Both the position numbers and the translations under genes were made by a program. This document shows positions 6,982 to 15,266 of a DNA stretch of 16,082 nucleotides, one piece after another. Location: the NCBI GenBank assembly GCA_046485285.1, contig JAWOHE010000070.1, positions 1 to 16,082 of the forward strand, given 5' to 3'. Within the stretch, counting starts at the first letter, position 1. Every line of letters starts with the position of its first letter. The notes below the pieces were generated by a model. The model saw nothing but the letters and a program-made list of their open reading frames with translations. It did not search any database and was not told the origin of the DNA. This stretch comes from a bacterium. GTDB taxonomy: Bacteria > Hydrothermota > Tepidihabitantia > Tepidihabitantales > Tepidihabitantaceae.

Positions 6982-8186
6982 GAGATACCTTCCTCGCCAC
7001 CGACCCGGGCTCCAGAGTCAACGCCGCCCGGGCTACCGGCCCGCCGCTGCGCCCGGGCAGGGGGAAAGAGCCCGCGGCGGACCGCCTCGGCGCACAGGGG
7101 ACGGGGCGCAACCAGTTGTCCGCTCTGGACATAGTTGTCGGCCACGCAGCCGGTCCGGCAAACCCGGGCGAATATGCACCGCGCGCAGATGCCCGGGAAG
7201 CTGTCCGGGTCGGCCAGGGCCCGGCGCAGACGGAGAACCGTCGGGTTGTTCAGCCAGATGTCGCGCACGCTGTCTTTGCCCAGTTGCCCGTATGTCAACT
7301 CGGGGCAGGTGGAGCCGATGCCGCACAGGGCGTACCGGTTCGTGCCGAGAATGCCCAGAATCCCGAGCACGCCGCAGTCACCGCAGGAACCGCCCGAGCG
7401 TCCCAGACGGCGGCGCGACGACAGGGCCGGGGGTATGTTGAGGATGACACCAACCGGCGCGCGCGGATGCAGATCCTCGTCAACGTAGCGCGCCAGCTCC
7501 ATCGTCTCGTCGAAGTCCAGGGCCTCGCCGCGCTCGTGCATCGTGATTCCGCGGCCGGTCCGGGTCACCGGGTTGAGCTTTACCGATGCCGCGCCGCGTT
7601 CCGCGGCCAGGAGCACGACCGGCTCGACCTGCGCGCGGTTCCCGCGGTGCACGCTCATGATGACCTGCGTGTTCTTGAACCCCGCATCCGCCAGGTGGGA
7701 AAGCCCTTTCAGGGCCGCGTCGAACGCGCCCTTGACGTTCCGAAAGGCGTCGTGGGTCCGGGCATCCGACCCGTCCAGGCTGACAGAAACAAAGGTGACC
7801 CGCGTCTTGTCCTTGAGGTGACGGGCGGTCTCGGCGGTCAGCAGGGTGCCGTTTGTCTCCATGAGGAGGCTCAGTCCCTCAGCGGTCAGCAGGTCGACGA
7901 CCTCCAGGAACCGGGGATGGAGCATCGGCTCGCCGCCGGTCAGCTTGGCCGAGCCCAGGCCTAGCGTCTTGCCTTCGCGCACCGCCTCGCGCAGGGAGTC
8001 CACGTCCACGCAGTCACCCGGGTCAGGCTTCCCGTCAATGAACCGGGGCACGATCCAGCAGTGACGGCAGCGCAGGTTGCAGCCGCTGGACAGGTAGATG
8101 TAGAACGAGCGCAGGGGGGGTACGCCCTCGGGCAGGTCAGGCGGCGGTGCCGGCGTCACGGGCGCGTCGGCCGGCTCACTCGGCAT
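6978..8186 (-). CDS. scmF: Radical SAM/SPASM peptide maturase, ScmF-like
   Basis: CNLRCRHCWI (CxxxCxxC), LTGGEP and ETNG. SPASM cysteines in CGVLGILGILG...ALCGIG...CARC...C...C...C. Position in the cassette fits. Confidence 0.85.
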   Translation of the reverse strand: MPSEPADAPVTPAPPPDLPEGVPPLRSFYIYLSSGCNLRCRHCWIVPRFIDGKPDPGDCVDVDSLREAVREGKTLGLGSAKLTGGEPMLHPRFLEVVDLLTAEGLSLLMETNGTLLTAETARHLKDKTRVTFVSVSLDGSDARTHDAFRNVKGAFDAALKGLSHLADAGFKNTQVIMSVHRGNRAQVEPVVLLAAERGAASVKLNPVTRTGRGITMHERGEALDFDETMELARYVDEDLHPRAPVGVILNIPPALSSRRRLGRSGGSCGDCGVLGILGILGTNRYALCGIGSTCPELTYGQLGKDSVRDIWLNNPTVLRLRRALADPDSFPGICARCIFARVCRTGCVADNYVQSGQLVAPRPLCAEAVRRGLFPPARAQRRAGSPGGVDSGARVGGEEGIS

Positions 8187-9321
8187 CTGGAGCCTCCTCG
8201 CCCTTGAAGATTCGATAGCAGACCAGCGGGTCGCGCGCGTTCAGCCTGCCGTACCGGGCCGCCACCGTCGCCGGGCAGCCGCCGGTGCAGAAGCCGGCAT
8301 AGCGGCAGTCCCGGCACTCGGGCAGGAACGAGAGCGGGATGTCGCGGCGGTAGCGCAAGGCGTTTATCGCCGGGCTCGAGCGCCAGGCCTCGGACAGGGA
8401 GTGCAGGCCGACGACGCCCATCACCAGCTTCGGCAGCAGGGAGCAGGGCACCATCGTGCCGTCGTGCAGTACCGCCATGTTCGAGAAGACGCAGCCACAG
8501 GCAGAGAGCGTGCCTCGTCCGGGCAGGCTGTCCCGGCCGTGCGCGAGCGAGTCCTCAATCACGGCGAAGCGCCGGGCCAGGTCCAGCGGGCCGGCCGAAG
8601 CGTTTATCCGGCCGTTGTACTTCTCGTTCAGCCTGGTCAGCGATGCCATCGCACGCCGGCGGTCGGCAGGGGTGAGGACAACGCTGCTGCCATCGCAGCG
8701 CGCCGAGCCCATTTGCGCGACCTCGTTGGTGCTGAAGCCCGCGAGCCCGACGTCCTCGAAGAGCAGGCGGGCGATGTTCTCGATGTCGTCGAGGTTGGCC
8801 CGGTTCACGGTGACGCGCACGGTCATCGGGAACCCGGCGCCCTTGAGCAGTCGCAGGCCGGCGAGCGCCCGGTCAAAGCTCTTCGGGGGACGGCTCCGGT
8901 CGTGGATTTCGGCCCGCGACCCGTCAATCGAGACCTGGATCGAATCCAGGCGCAGGCGGCGCTTGCCGACTGCGAAGGCCCGCAACGTGTCCTCGCTGAT
9001 GAGCGTGCCGTTGGTCAGTATCGAGTAGCGCATCCGATTGGCTATGATGCCGTCAATCAACTCGAAGAGGTCCTGCCGCATGAAGGTCTCGCCCCCAGAG
9101 AGTGACACGCGCTGGACCCCGAGCCGGCCCGCCTCCTCGAACAGGCCGTGCCAGCGCGCGGCCGGCATGTCGCTCAACGCCGCCATCTCGTCGGCGTAGA
9201 AGCAGTAGCGGCACTTGAGGTTACAGCGCCCGGTGATGGAGAGGTTCAACTGCCGCGGGGCGCGCGGCAGGCCGGGCGGCGGCACGGTCAGGTCAGGGAC
9301 CGGCGGGGCTTCAGTGCTCAT
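8176..9321 (-). CDS. scmE: Radical SAM/SPASM peptide maturase, ScmE-like
   Basis: ITGRCNLKCRYCF, LSGGE and LTNG. SPASM motifs CGC...DGTMVPC...CRDC...CTGGC...C. Confidence 0.85.
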   Translation of the reverse strand: MSTEAPPVPDLTVPPPGLPRAPRQLNLSITGRCNLKCRYCFYADEMAALSDMPAARWHGLFEEAGRLGVQRVSLSGGETFMRQDLFELIDGIIANRMRYSILTNGTLISEDTLRAFAVGKRRLRLDSIQVSIDGSRAEIHDRSRPPKSFDRALAGLRLLKGAGFPMTVRVTVNRANLDDIENIARLLFEDVGLAGFSTNEVAQMGSARCDGSSVVLTPADRRRAMASLTRLNEKYNGRINASAGPLDLARRFAVIEDSLAHGRDSLPGRGTLSACGCVFSNMAVLHDGTMVPCSLLPKLVMGVVGLHSLSEAWRSSPAINALRYRRDIPLSFLPECRDCRYAGFCTGGCPATVAARYGRLNARDPLVCYRIFKGEEAPDAE

Positions 9322-9595
9322 CAGGCGAGGCGATGATGAAGTCAGGAGTCAGCGACTGGATAAACTTCTCCGCGTCCTGCGCGGCCTGTTCCGGCGTCAC
9401 GTCCGGGTAGGTGGCCGCAACGTGGCCGGCAATCTCGGCAAGGGTCCGGGGCGCGGCGAGCAATGCCCAGATGGCACGGCCCGTGCGGTTGAGCAGGACG
9501 GTGTTGTCCTTGTCCGGGTTGTAGAGCATCGCCCCGTCCTCGCCCTCGTCGACGCAGGAGACAACGTCGCTCGCGCGGTAGGTTTTTTCGCTCAT
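9311..9595 (-). CDS. PqqD family RiPP recognition element (RRE)
   Basis: 94 aa. LYNPD...LLNRTGRAIWALL...TLAEI...Y...DAEKFIQSL is the PqqD-fold pattern. Confidence 0.88.
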   Translation of the reverse strand: MSEKTYRASDVVSCVDEGEDGAMLYNPDKDNTVLLNRTGRAIWALLAAPRTLAEIAGHVAATYPDVTPEQAAQDAEKFIQSLTPDFIIASPDEH

Positions 9596-9891
9596 CAGGC
9601 AGTATCCTCCAGCAGCACTTCTTGTCCGACAAAGCCCTCCTCGACCAGCTTCAACAGCAGGGCGCGGACGTCCTCGGCCACAGTGTCCGGCGCGTCCGGG
9701 AAGCGGCCGCGGATTTCGGCGACAATCTCCCCGGTCGTGCGCCAGCCGTCAACCAGGTTCCAGACCAGCGCCCCGGTGTGGTTCACGGCCATCGCGCCCG
9801 CGGTGTCCGGGTTCACCAGCAGGGTCCAGCCGTCAGCGCCTTCTTCCCGCACCACTGCCGGGTTGGCTATCGGCCGGTCCGGAACTGTCAT
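9595..9891 (-). CDS. scmD: PqqD family RRE, ScmD-like
   Basis: 98 aa. PIANPAVVREE...LVNPDT...VNHTGALVWNLVDG...DVRALLLKLVEEGFV. Confidence 0.85.
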   Translation of the reverse strand: MTVPDRPIANPAVVREEGADGWTLLVNPDTAGAMAVNHTGALVWNLVDGWRTTGEIVAEIRGRFPDAPDTVAEDVRALLLKLVEEGFVGQEVLLEDTA

Positions 9892-9896
9892 CCCGC

Positions 9897-9925
9897 ATTA
9901 TGCCGAAAAAATACGGTCCGGGCAA
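9897..9925 (-). promoter_or_regulatory. Candidate promoter for the left operon, TTGCCC-17-CATAAT (possibly a leaderless transcript)
   Basis: -35 at 9920-9925, -10 at 9897-9902, only 5 nt before the scmD ATG at 9891. No Shine-Dalgarno sequence. Confidence 0.5.
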
Positions 9926-10056
9926 GAGCGAGTAGCAGGTGGGAGGGAAGAGGGAATTGAGGTCGAGCCGGATGCCGCAGTCGCACATCCCTCCCGGAAT
10001 GGCCTCGTCTACCCCGGCGGCGCGGACCCGGGGCCCGGCTCCGGCCGAGAACCGGC

Positions 10057-10084
10057 TTGACAGCCAAGCCCGTCGACATACAAT
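10057..10084 (+). promoter_or_regulatory. Sigma70-type promoter of precursor 3 and the right operon: TTGACA-16-TACAAT
   Basis: TTGACA at 10057-10062, TACAAT at 10079-10084. Confidence 0.72.
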
Positions 10085-10162
10085 GTTGTCCGGCTATTTG
10101 GAGAATACCGTTATGTTCGATGACAGGCTTTTCGACCACGGAGCAGGCCCGGAGGAGGAGTG

Positions 10163-10342
10163 ATGGATGATCGAGACCGCAAGACCTGGCAGACGCCGAA
10201 GCTCAAGGTCCTCGCGAGGGTGAGGTCAGAGGAGAGAGTCTTGGAGGCCTGTAAGACCCCCATCAAGAACGGCCCGTCCGCAGCCGTGGCTTGCTACAAA
10301 GGCTCCTCGGGACAGGAGTGCGAAGTGATAGCCAATTCGTAG
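10163..10342 (+). CDS. RiPP precursor peptide 3 (59-60 aa; WxxPxL leader, 3 Cys, C-terminal Ser)
   Basis: MDDRDRKTWQTPKLKVLARVRSEERVLEACKTPIKNGPSAAVACYKGSSGQECEVIANS*. RBS GGAGGAGG at 10151-10158, alternative GTG start at 10160. First gene of the radical SAM operon. Confidence 0.85.
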   Translation: MDDRDRKTWQTPKLKVLARVRSEERVLEACKTPIKNGPSAAVACYKGSSGQECEVIANS

Positions 10343-10505
10343 CGGATCCTGCGACGTCAACACAAGCGGGAGCCTAGTCAGCAGAACCATCCTGACAGCC
10401 ATCTGCGATTCGACCGGCTGAAAAGGAGCCGTCTGCGGGTGGAGAGGCTGAATCCCCTGCCCGTTTCCTTGCCTGCCTCTTGTTCGCCGGTAGGGGCATC
10501 CTGAC

Positions 10506-11501
10506 ATGACGGATGACGCCCGGCTTGACCGCGTCCTTCCCGGCCCGCCGGCACCGGACCCGCGGAAGCCGGGGGCCCACCACCGCCTGTTCGGAATCGG
10601 TGGCATCACCATCCGGGTCGAGTCCGACCTGCCCTTCACCGACCGGACCTTCGACCCCAAGTTCCAGCAGTTCGAGCTCGACGGCCCGGGCCCTGACACG
10701 GTCACCATCCGCCACCACTTCGAACTGCCGGCAGTCGACCCCGACACCCTCGGCCGCGAGGTCTATCGCAAGCCGCCCTGGTCAATCTACCGCCGCGACA
10801 GTTGCTGGGTCTACCTCGGCGTCCTGCCCGAGGAGCTCGGCTCCGGCCTGTTCAAGGTCGCGGTCTTCAACGACGACCACTCGCTCGGCGACCTGTACCA
10901 CCCGGGCGACGGCGAGTTCCGCGAAGGCGGGCTCCACTCACTCACGATGTTCCCGACCGACCAGATTCTCCTCACGCCCCTGCTCGCCGACCGGCAGGCC
11001 TGCTTCCTCCACTCCGCCGGCGCAATCCTGAACCGCCAGGGCCTGCTCTTCGTCGGCCATTCCGAAGCCGGCAAGTCCACCACCCTGAAACTCATCAAGG
11101 ACCGGGCCGAAATCCTCTGCGACGACCGCAACATCGTCAGGCGAGAGACAGGCGAAGCCGGCAGTGCCGGGTGCGGGCACTCGCGTGGAACGCGAATCCG
11201 GGTCTACGGGACCTGGAGCCACGGCGAACTGCCTCAGGTCTCCCCGGCCTCGGCGCCGCTACGGGCAATCCTGTTCCTCGAGAAGTCCGGCGAGAACAGC
11301 CTGGCCCTGCTCGATGACCGCAGTGACATCCTCGGCCGCCTGCTCGGCTGTGTGATTCGGTCGCTGGAGACCCAGGGCTGGTGGCAGAAGACCCTCGGCG
11401 TGGTCGAGGCGCTCTGCCGCGAGGTCCCCTGCTACCTGATGCGGTTCGACAAGAGCGGACAAATCCTTGAACAGCTCGAGGCGCTGACGGAAGTCCGATG
11501 A
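10506..11501 (+). CDS. HPr-kinase-like P-loop protein (putative peptide kinase, ScmC/PadeK-related)
   Basis: FLHSAGA, Walker A GHSEAGKST, LCDD and YGTWSHG. Confidence 0.8.
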   Translation: MTDDARLDRVLPGPPAPDPRKPGAHHRLFGIGGITIRVESDLPFTDRTFDPKFQQFELDGPGPDTVTIRHHFELPAVDPDTLGREVYRKPPWSIYRRDSCWVYLGVLPEELGSGLFKVAVFNDDHSLGDLYHPGDGEFREGGLHSLTMFPTDQILLTPLLADRQACFLHSAGAILNRQGLLFVGHSEAGKSTTLKLIKDRAEILCDDRNIVRRETGEAGSAGCGHSRGTRIRVYGTWSHGELPQVSPASAPLRAILFLEKSGENSLALLDDRSDILGRLLGCVIRSLETQGWWQKTLGVVEALCREVPCYLMRFDKSGQILEQLEALTEVR

Positions 11502-12706
11502 CCGATGACCGACGACCGGTCTCCCCTGCCGCCTCTCGCTACGTCGAGCGGGTCCGGGACGACCAGCCCGAGCGCTGGCTGAAGCACCGGCCCCTGCTCG
11601 AGCGGTTCGACATCGAGCTGACCGAACGCTGCAACAACAACTGCATCCACTGCTACATCAACCTGCCGATGGCCAACCGCGCGGCCCGCGAGCGCGAGAT
11701 GCCTGCCGACAGGGTCAAGGCCATCCTGACCGAGGCCGCGGGCCTCGGCTGTGTGGCGGTGCGCTTCACCGGCGGCGAGCCGCTCCTGCGCGAGGACTTC
11801 GAAGACCTTTACCTCTTCGCCCGCCGGCTCGGGATGAAGGTGTCGCTCGCGACCAACGCCCGGCTCATCACGCCCGGTCTCGCCGACCTCTTCGCGCGGG
11901 TCCCTCCCCGGGAGCCGGTCGAGGTCACCGTCTACGGGATGAGGGCGGACTCCTGCGACGCCGTCACCCGCGTTCCGGGCTCGCACGCCGAGGCCCGGCG
12001 CGGCATTGAGCTGCTCACCGCCCGCGGGGTCCCGGTTGTCATCAAGGGCGCGGTCCTGCCACCGAACCTCGGTGAGTTGGACGAGATCGAGACCTGGACC
12101 GCCTCGCTTCCCGCGGTGGAACAGCCGCCGGCCTTCACGATGTTCTTTGACCTGCGCGGCCGTCGGGACTCGGACGCCCGGAACCGCCGGATTGCCGGAC
12201 TGCGCGTCTCGCCCGAGGCCGGCGTCGCCCTGCTGAACCGGCACCGCGAGCGCTACCTCGGCGATATGCGCCAGTTCTGCGCGAAGTTCATCGGCCCGCC
12301 CGGCGACCGACTGTTCACCTGCGGCGCCGGTCACGGGACCTGTGTCGACGCGTACGGCAGGGCGCAGGCCTGCCTCCTGCTCCGCCACCCGGCGACGGTC
12401 TACGACCTCGCGAACGGCACGCTCAGGGAGGCTCTCACCGTCTTCTTCCCGCGCTTGCGGGAGATGAAGGCCGCGAACCCGGACTACCTCGCCCGCTGTG
12501 CCCGCTGTTTTCTCAGGGGCCTGTGCGAGCAGTGCCCGGCCAAGTCTTGGGGCGAGCACGGCACCCTCGACACGCCGGTCGAGTACCTCTGCGAGGTCGC
12601 CCACGCCCAGGCGCGCGACCTCGGCCTGCTCGCGGAAGGCGAACAGGCCTGGGAAGTGACCGACTGGCGCGGCCGGGTCGAGAGGCTGAAGACCGATGAG
12701 GATTGA
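11498..12706 (+). CDS. Radical SAM/SPASM peptide maturase
   Basis: ELTERCNNNCIHC, FTGGEP and ATNA. SPASM motifs CGAG...AC...CARC...CEQCPA...YLC. Confidence 0.92.
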   Translation: MTDDRRPVSPAASRYVERVRDDQPERWLKHRPLLERFDIELTERCNNNCIHCYINLPMANRAAREREMPADRVKAILTEAAGLGCVAVRFTGGEPLLREDFEDLYLFARRLGMKVSLATNARLITPGLADLFARVPPREPVEVTVYGMRADSCDAVTRVPGSHAEARRGIELLTARGVPVVIKGAVLPPNLGELDEIETWTASLPAVEQPPAFTMFFDLRGRRDSDARNRRIAGLRVSPEAGVALLNRHRERYLGDMRQFCAKFIGPPGDRLFTCGAGHGTCVDAYGRAQACLLLRHPATVYDLANGTLREALTVFFPRLREMKAANPDYLARCARCFLRGLCEQCPAKSWGEHGTLDTPVEYLCEVAHAQARDLGLLAEGEQAWEVTDWRGRVERLKTDED

Positions 12707-13904
12707 CGGAGGACCGAAGACCGAAGACGGGCAGCCGGTCCCCGATCCCCGGTCGCCGGTCCCCGGTCATCCTTCTTCCGCCTACTCCTCATTGGTCCCT
12801 CTCCCCGGCTTCGAACTCTGGGACCGGATGAAGCAAAGGCACGCGCCGCTGGCCTTCGACATCGAGGTCACCGCCCGATGCAACAACGACTGCCGCCACT
12901 GCTACATCAACCTGCCGGCCGGCGACCCGGCCGCCCGGGCCGCCGAGCTCACGCCGGCCGAAATCGAGCGCATCGCCCGCGAGGCGGCGGGGATGGGCGC
13001 GCTGTGGTGCCTGCTGACCGGCGGCGAGCCGCTCCTGCGCGACGACTTCCCCGAGGTCTACCTCGGGCTGAAACGACTCGGGCTCCTCGTTTCGGTCTTC
13101 ACCAATGCCTGCCTGGTCAGACCCGAACACGTCGAGCTGTTCCGGAAGTACCCGCCGCGCGAACTCGAAGTCTCGGTCTACGGCGCAACCGAGGCGACCT
13201 ACGAACGGGTGACGCGCCGGCCCGGGTCGTTCCGCGCCTTCCGCCGCGGCCTCGACCTGCTGCTCGCCGGCGGCGTCAAGGTCCAGCTCAAGGCGATGGC
13301 CCTGCGCTCGAACGTCCACGAGTTCGCGGAGATCGGCCGCTTTTGCCGGGCGCGGACCGCGGACGACTACCGCTTCGACCCGCTCCTGCACCTGCGCTTT
13401 GACCGCGACGAGGCGCGCAACGCGGAAATCCGCGCCGAGCGGCTCTCGCCGGCCGAGGTCGCGGCGGTCGAGCGCGCGGACGCGGAACGGTTCGGGACGC
13501 TCAAAGAACACTGCAGCCAGCTCATCCTGCGCGAAGCCGCACGCGCGACCGGCAATCACCTGTTCCAGTGCGGCACGGGCCGGGACAGCTTCAGCGTCAG
13601 CTTCGACGGTCGGCTCCGGCTCTGCTCGTCGCTCTGGCACCCGGACACGGTCTATGACCTGCGCCGCGGTACGCTCGCCGACGCCTGGCACAACCACGTC
13701 CCCCGGGTGCGGGACCTGCGCTCGGACCGGCCGGACTTCCTCGCGCGCTGTCACGCCTGCCCGATTGCCAACCTCTGCCTCTGGTGCCCGGCCCACGCCT
13801 TCCTCGAAACCGGCGAGCTCGACGCCCCGGTCGACTACTTCTGCGAGGTCGCCCGCGCGCGGGTCGCCGGGCTAGGAGTAGTGGAACCGCCGGGCCAGGG
13901 CTGA
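12696..13904 (+). CDS. Radical SAM/SPASM peptide maturase (paralog of the preceding gene; start uncertain)
   Basis: EVTARCNNDCRHC, LTGGEP and FTNA. SPASM motifs CGTG...LC...CHAC...CLWCPA...YFC. The first ~25 aa derive from heptamer repeats; alternative ATG at 12828. Confidence 0.9.
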   Translation: MRIDGGPKTEDGQPVPDPRSPVPGHPSSAYSSLVPLPGFELWDRMKQRHAPLAFDIEVTARCNNDCRHCYINLPAGDPAARAAELTPAEIERIAREAAGMGALWCLLTGGEPLLRDDFPEVYLGLKRLGLLVSVFTNACLVRPEHVELFRKYPPRELEVSVYGATEATYERVTRRPGSFRAFRRGLDLLLAGGVKVQLKAMALRSNVHEFAEIGRFCRARTADDYRFDPLLHLRFDRDEARNAEIRAERLSPAEVAAVERADAERFGTLKEHCSQLILREAARATGNHLFQCGTGRDSFSVSFDGRLRLCSSLWHPDTVYDLRRGTLADAWHNHVPRVRDLRSDRPDFLARCHACPIANLCLWCPAHAFLETGELDAPVDYFCEVARARVAGLGVVEPPGQG

Positions 13905-13935
13905 GACAAAAGCAGGACCAGGGGCCGGGCCGGGT

Positions 13936-15195
13936 ATGGACTCCTCACCGCCAGCCTCCTCTTCTCCGCTCCTCCTCTGCCTGCAGGCGAGCCTCGAGCC
14001 GGGCCGGCCCGGCACGCCCCGCGACCCGGCCGGCTGGACAAGGGTCACCGACCTCGCCTGCCGGCAGGAACTCGCGCCTCTGCTCTACCACGAACTCGGG
14101 CAGGCCAGGCTCCGTGACCGGGTGCCGGGCCCGGACCTCGCGCGGCTCGAACGCGCCTACTACCTCAACGCGGACCGGAACATCCGTATCTACCGCGAGC
14201 TCCGGCCGGTTCTCGCCTGCCTGCGCGACTCGGACATCCCGGTCATCGTCCTTAAGGGCGCCCTGCTCGCCGAGGCGGTCTACGGCAACATCGCGCTCCG
14301 GACGATGGGCGACGTCGACCTGCTCGTGCCGAGGGCGGGGCTGGCGCGGGCCCGGGCGGCCCTCGTCGCGGCCGGTTGCGCGCACGCCGAAGGCGACATC
14401 GAGGCCGCCTGCCGGGTAAGCCACCAGCTTGACGCGTTCGTCGCCGAGGGCCTGTCCGTGGAAATCCACTGGACAATCGAAAGGCCGACCAGCCCCTTCG
14501 CCATCGACACCGCCGGCCTCTGGGCCCGGGCCCGGCCGGTCCGCGTTGCCGGCGTCGAGGTGCTGACCCTCTCCCCGGAGGACCTCCTGCTCCACCTCTG
14601 CCTGCACGTCGCCTACCACCACGGGCTCGCGGCCGGGCTCACGCCCTTCTGCGACATCGCCCGGGTGATTGAGTGCCATCGCGCCGGGCTCGACTGGCCC
14701 CGGCTCGCGCGAACGGCCGGTGACTGGGGTGCCGCGCGCCACGCCGGCCTCGCGCTCGAGCTTGCCCGCATCCTGCTCGGGGCCCGGGTCCCGCGCGAGG
14801 CGCTCGAGCGACTCGTCCCGGGCGGCATCAGCCCGACCCTGCTCGATACCGCCCGCGAATGCGTCCTCGCGTCCTCGTCTCTCCGACAATGGAAGCCCCG
14901 CTCGCTCTACGAGTTGTTCGGCGCCGAGTCGCCCGCCGACGGGCTCACGGTCGTCCGCCGGCGGCTGTTCATGTCGCGGGCCGGCCTGGCCGCGAGATAC
15001 TCGTCTGCGCGCGGTCAGCGACAGCCCGGCTCCCTCCGCGCGCGCTGGTTCGGGCACCTCGCGCGGTCCTGCTGGTCTTACTTCGTGAGACCGCGGCTCG
15101 CGCGACTCGGGTTGCTCGGCCGCGGGCACGACCGCGGCGTGGCGCTGGCGGACTGGCTGGGCCGGACCGGGACGCGCGACAACCAGTCGAGATAG
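13936..15195 (+). CDS. Nucleotidyltransferase family protein (NTP_transf_5-like)
   Basis: IPVIVLKG, LRTMGDVDL, VEIHWTIERPT and LSPEDLLLHLCLH. Close paralog of 2863..4077. Confidence 0.88.
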   Translation: MDSSPPASSSPLLLCLQASLEPGRPGTPRDPAGWTRVTDLACRQELAPLLYHELGQARLRDRVPGPDLARLERAYYLNADRNIRIYRELRPVLACLRDSDIPVIVLKGALLAEAVYGNIALRTMGDVDLLVPRAGLARARAALVAAGCAHAEGDIEAACRVSHQLDAFVAEGLSVEIHWTIERPTSPFAIDTAGLWARARPVRVAGVEVLTLSPEDLLLHLCLHVAYHHGLAAGLTPFCDIARVIECHRAGLDWPRLARTAGDWGAARHAGLALELARILLGARVPREALERLVPGGISPTLLDTARECVLASSSLRQWKPRSLYELFGAESPADGLTVVRRRLFMSRAGLAARYSSARGQRQPGSLRARWFGHLARSCWSYFVRPRLARLGLLGRGHDRGVALADWLGRTGTRDNQSR

Positions 15196-15266
15196 CTGCG
15201 GCGGCCGGTCAGGCACCTGCCGGCCGCCGCAGCCCTGGGCATCAGTCTTCTTCCGTCAGTCCCGCC

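Noticed and set aside
6095-7326. Near-identical repeat pair as a diversity-generating retroelement template/variable repeat
   Set aside because: The 10 mismatches are not confined to adenines on either strand, half are synonymous, and there is no reverse transcriptase in the window.
9888-10163. Short ORFs in the divergent intergenic region
   Set aside because: They overlap the two promoter elements and show no RBS or recognisable motifs.
1049-15195. Lasso peptide or PQQ biosynthesis cluster
   Set aside because: There is no asparagine-synthetase-like lasso cyclase or transglutaminase-like B2 protease, no pqqB or pqqC, and no ExxxY PqqA-type peptide.
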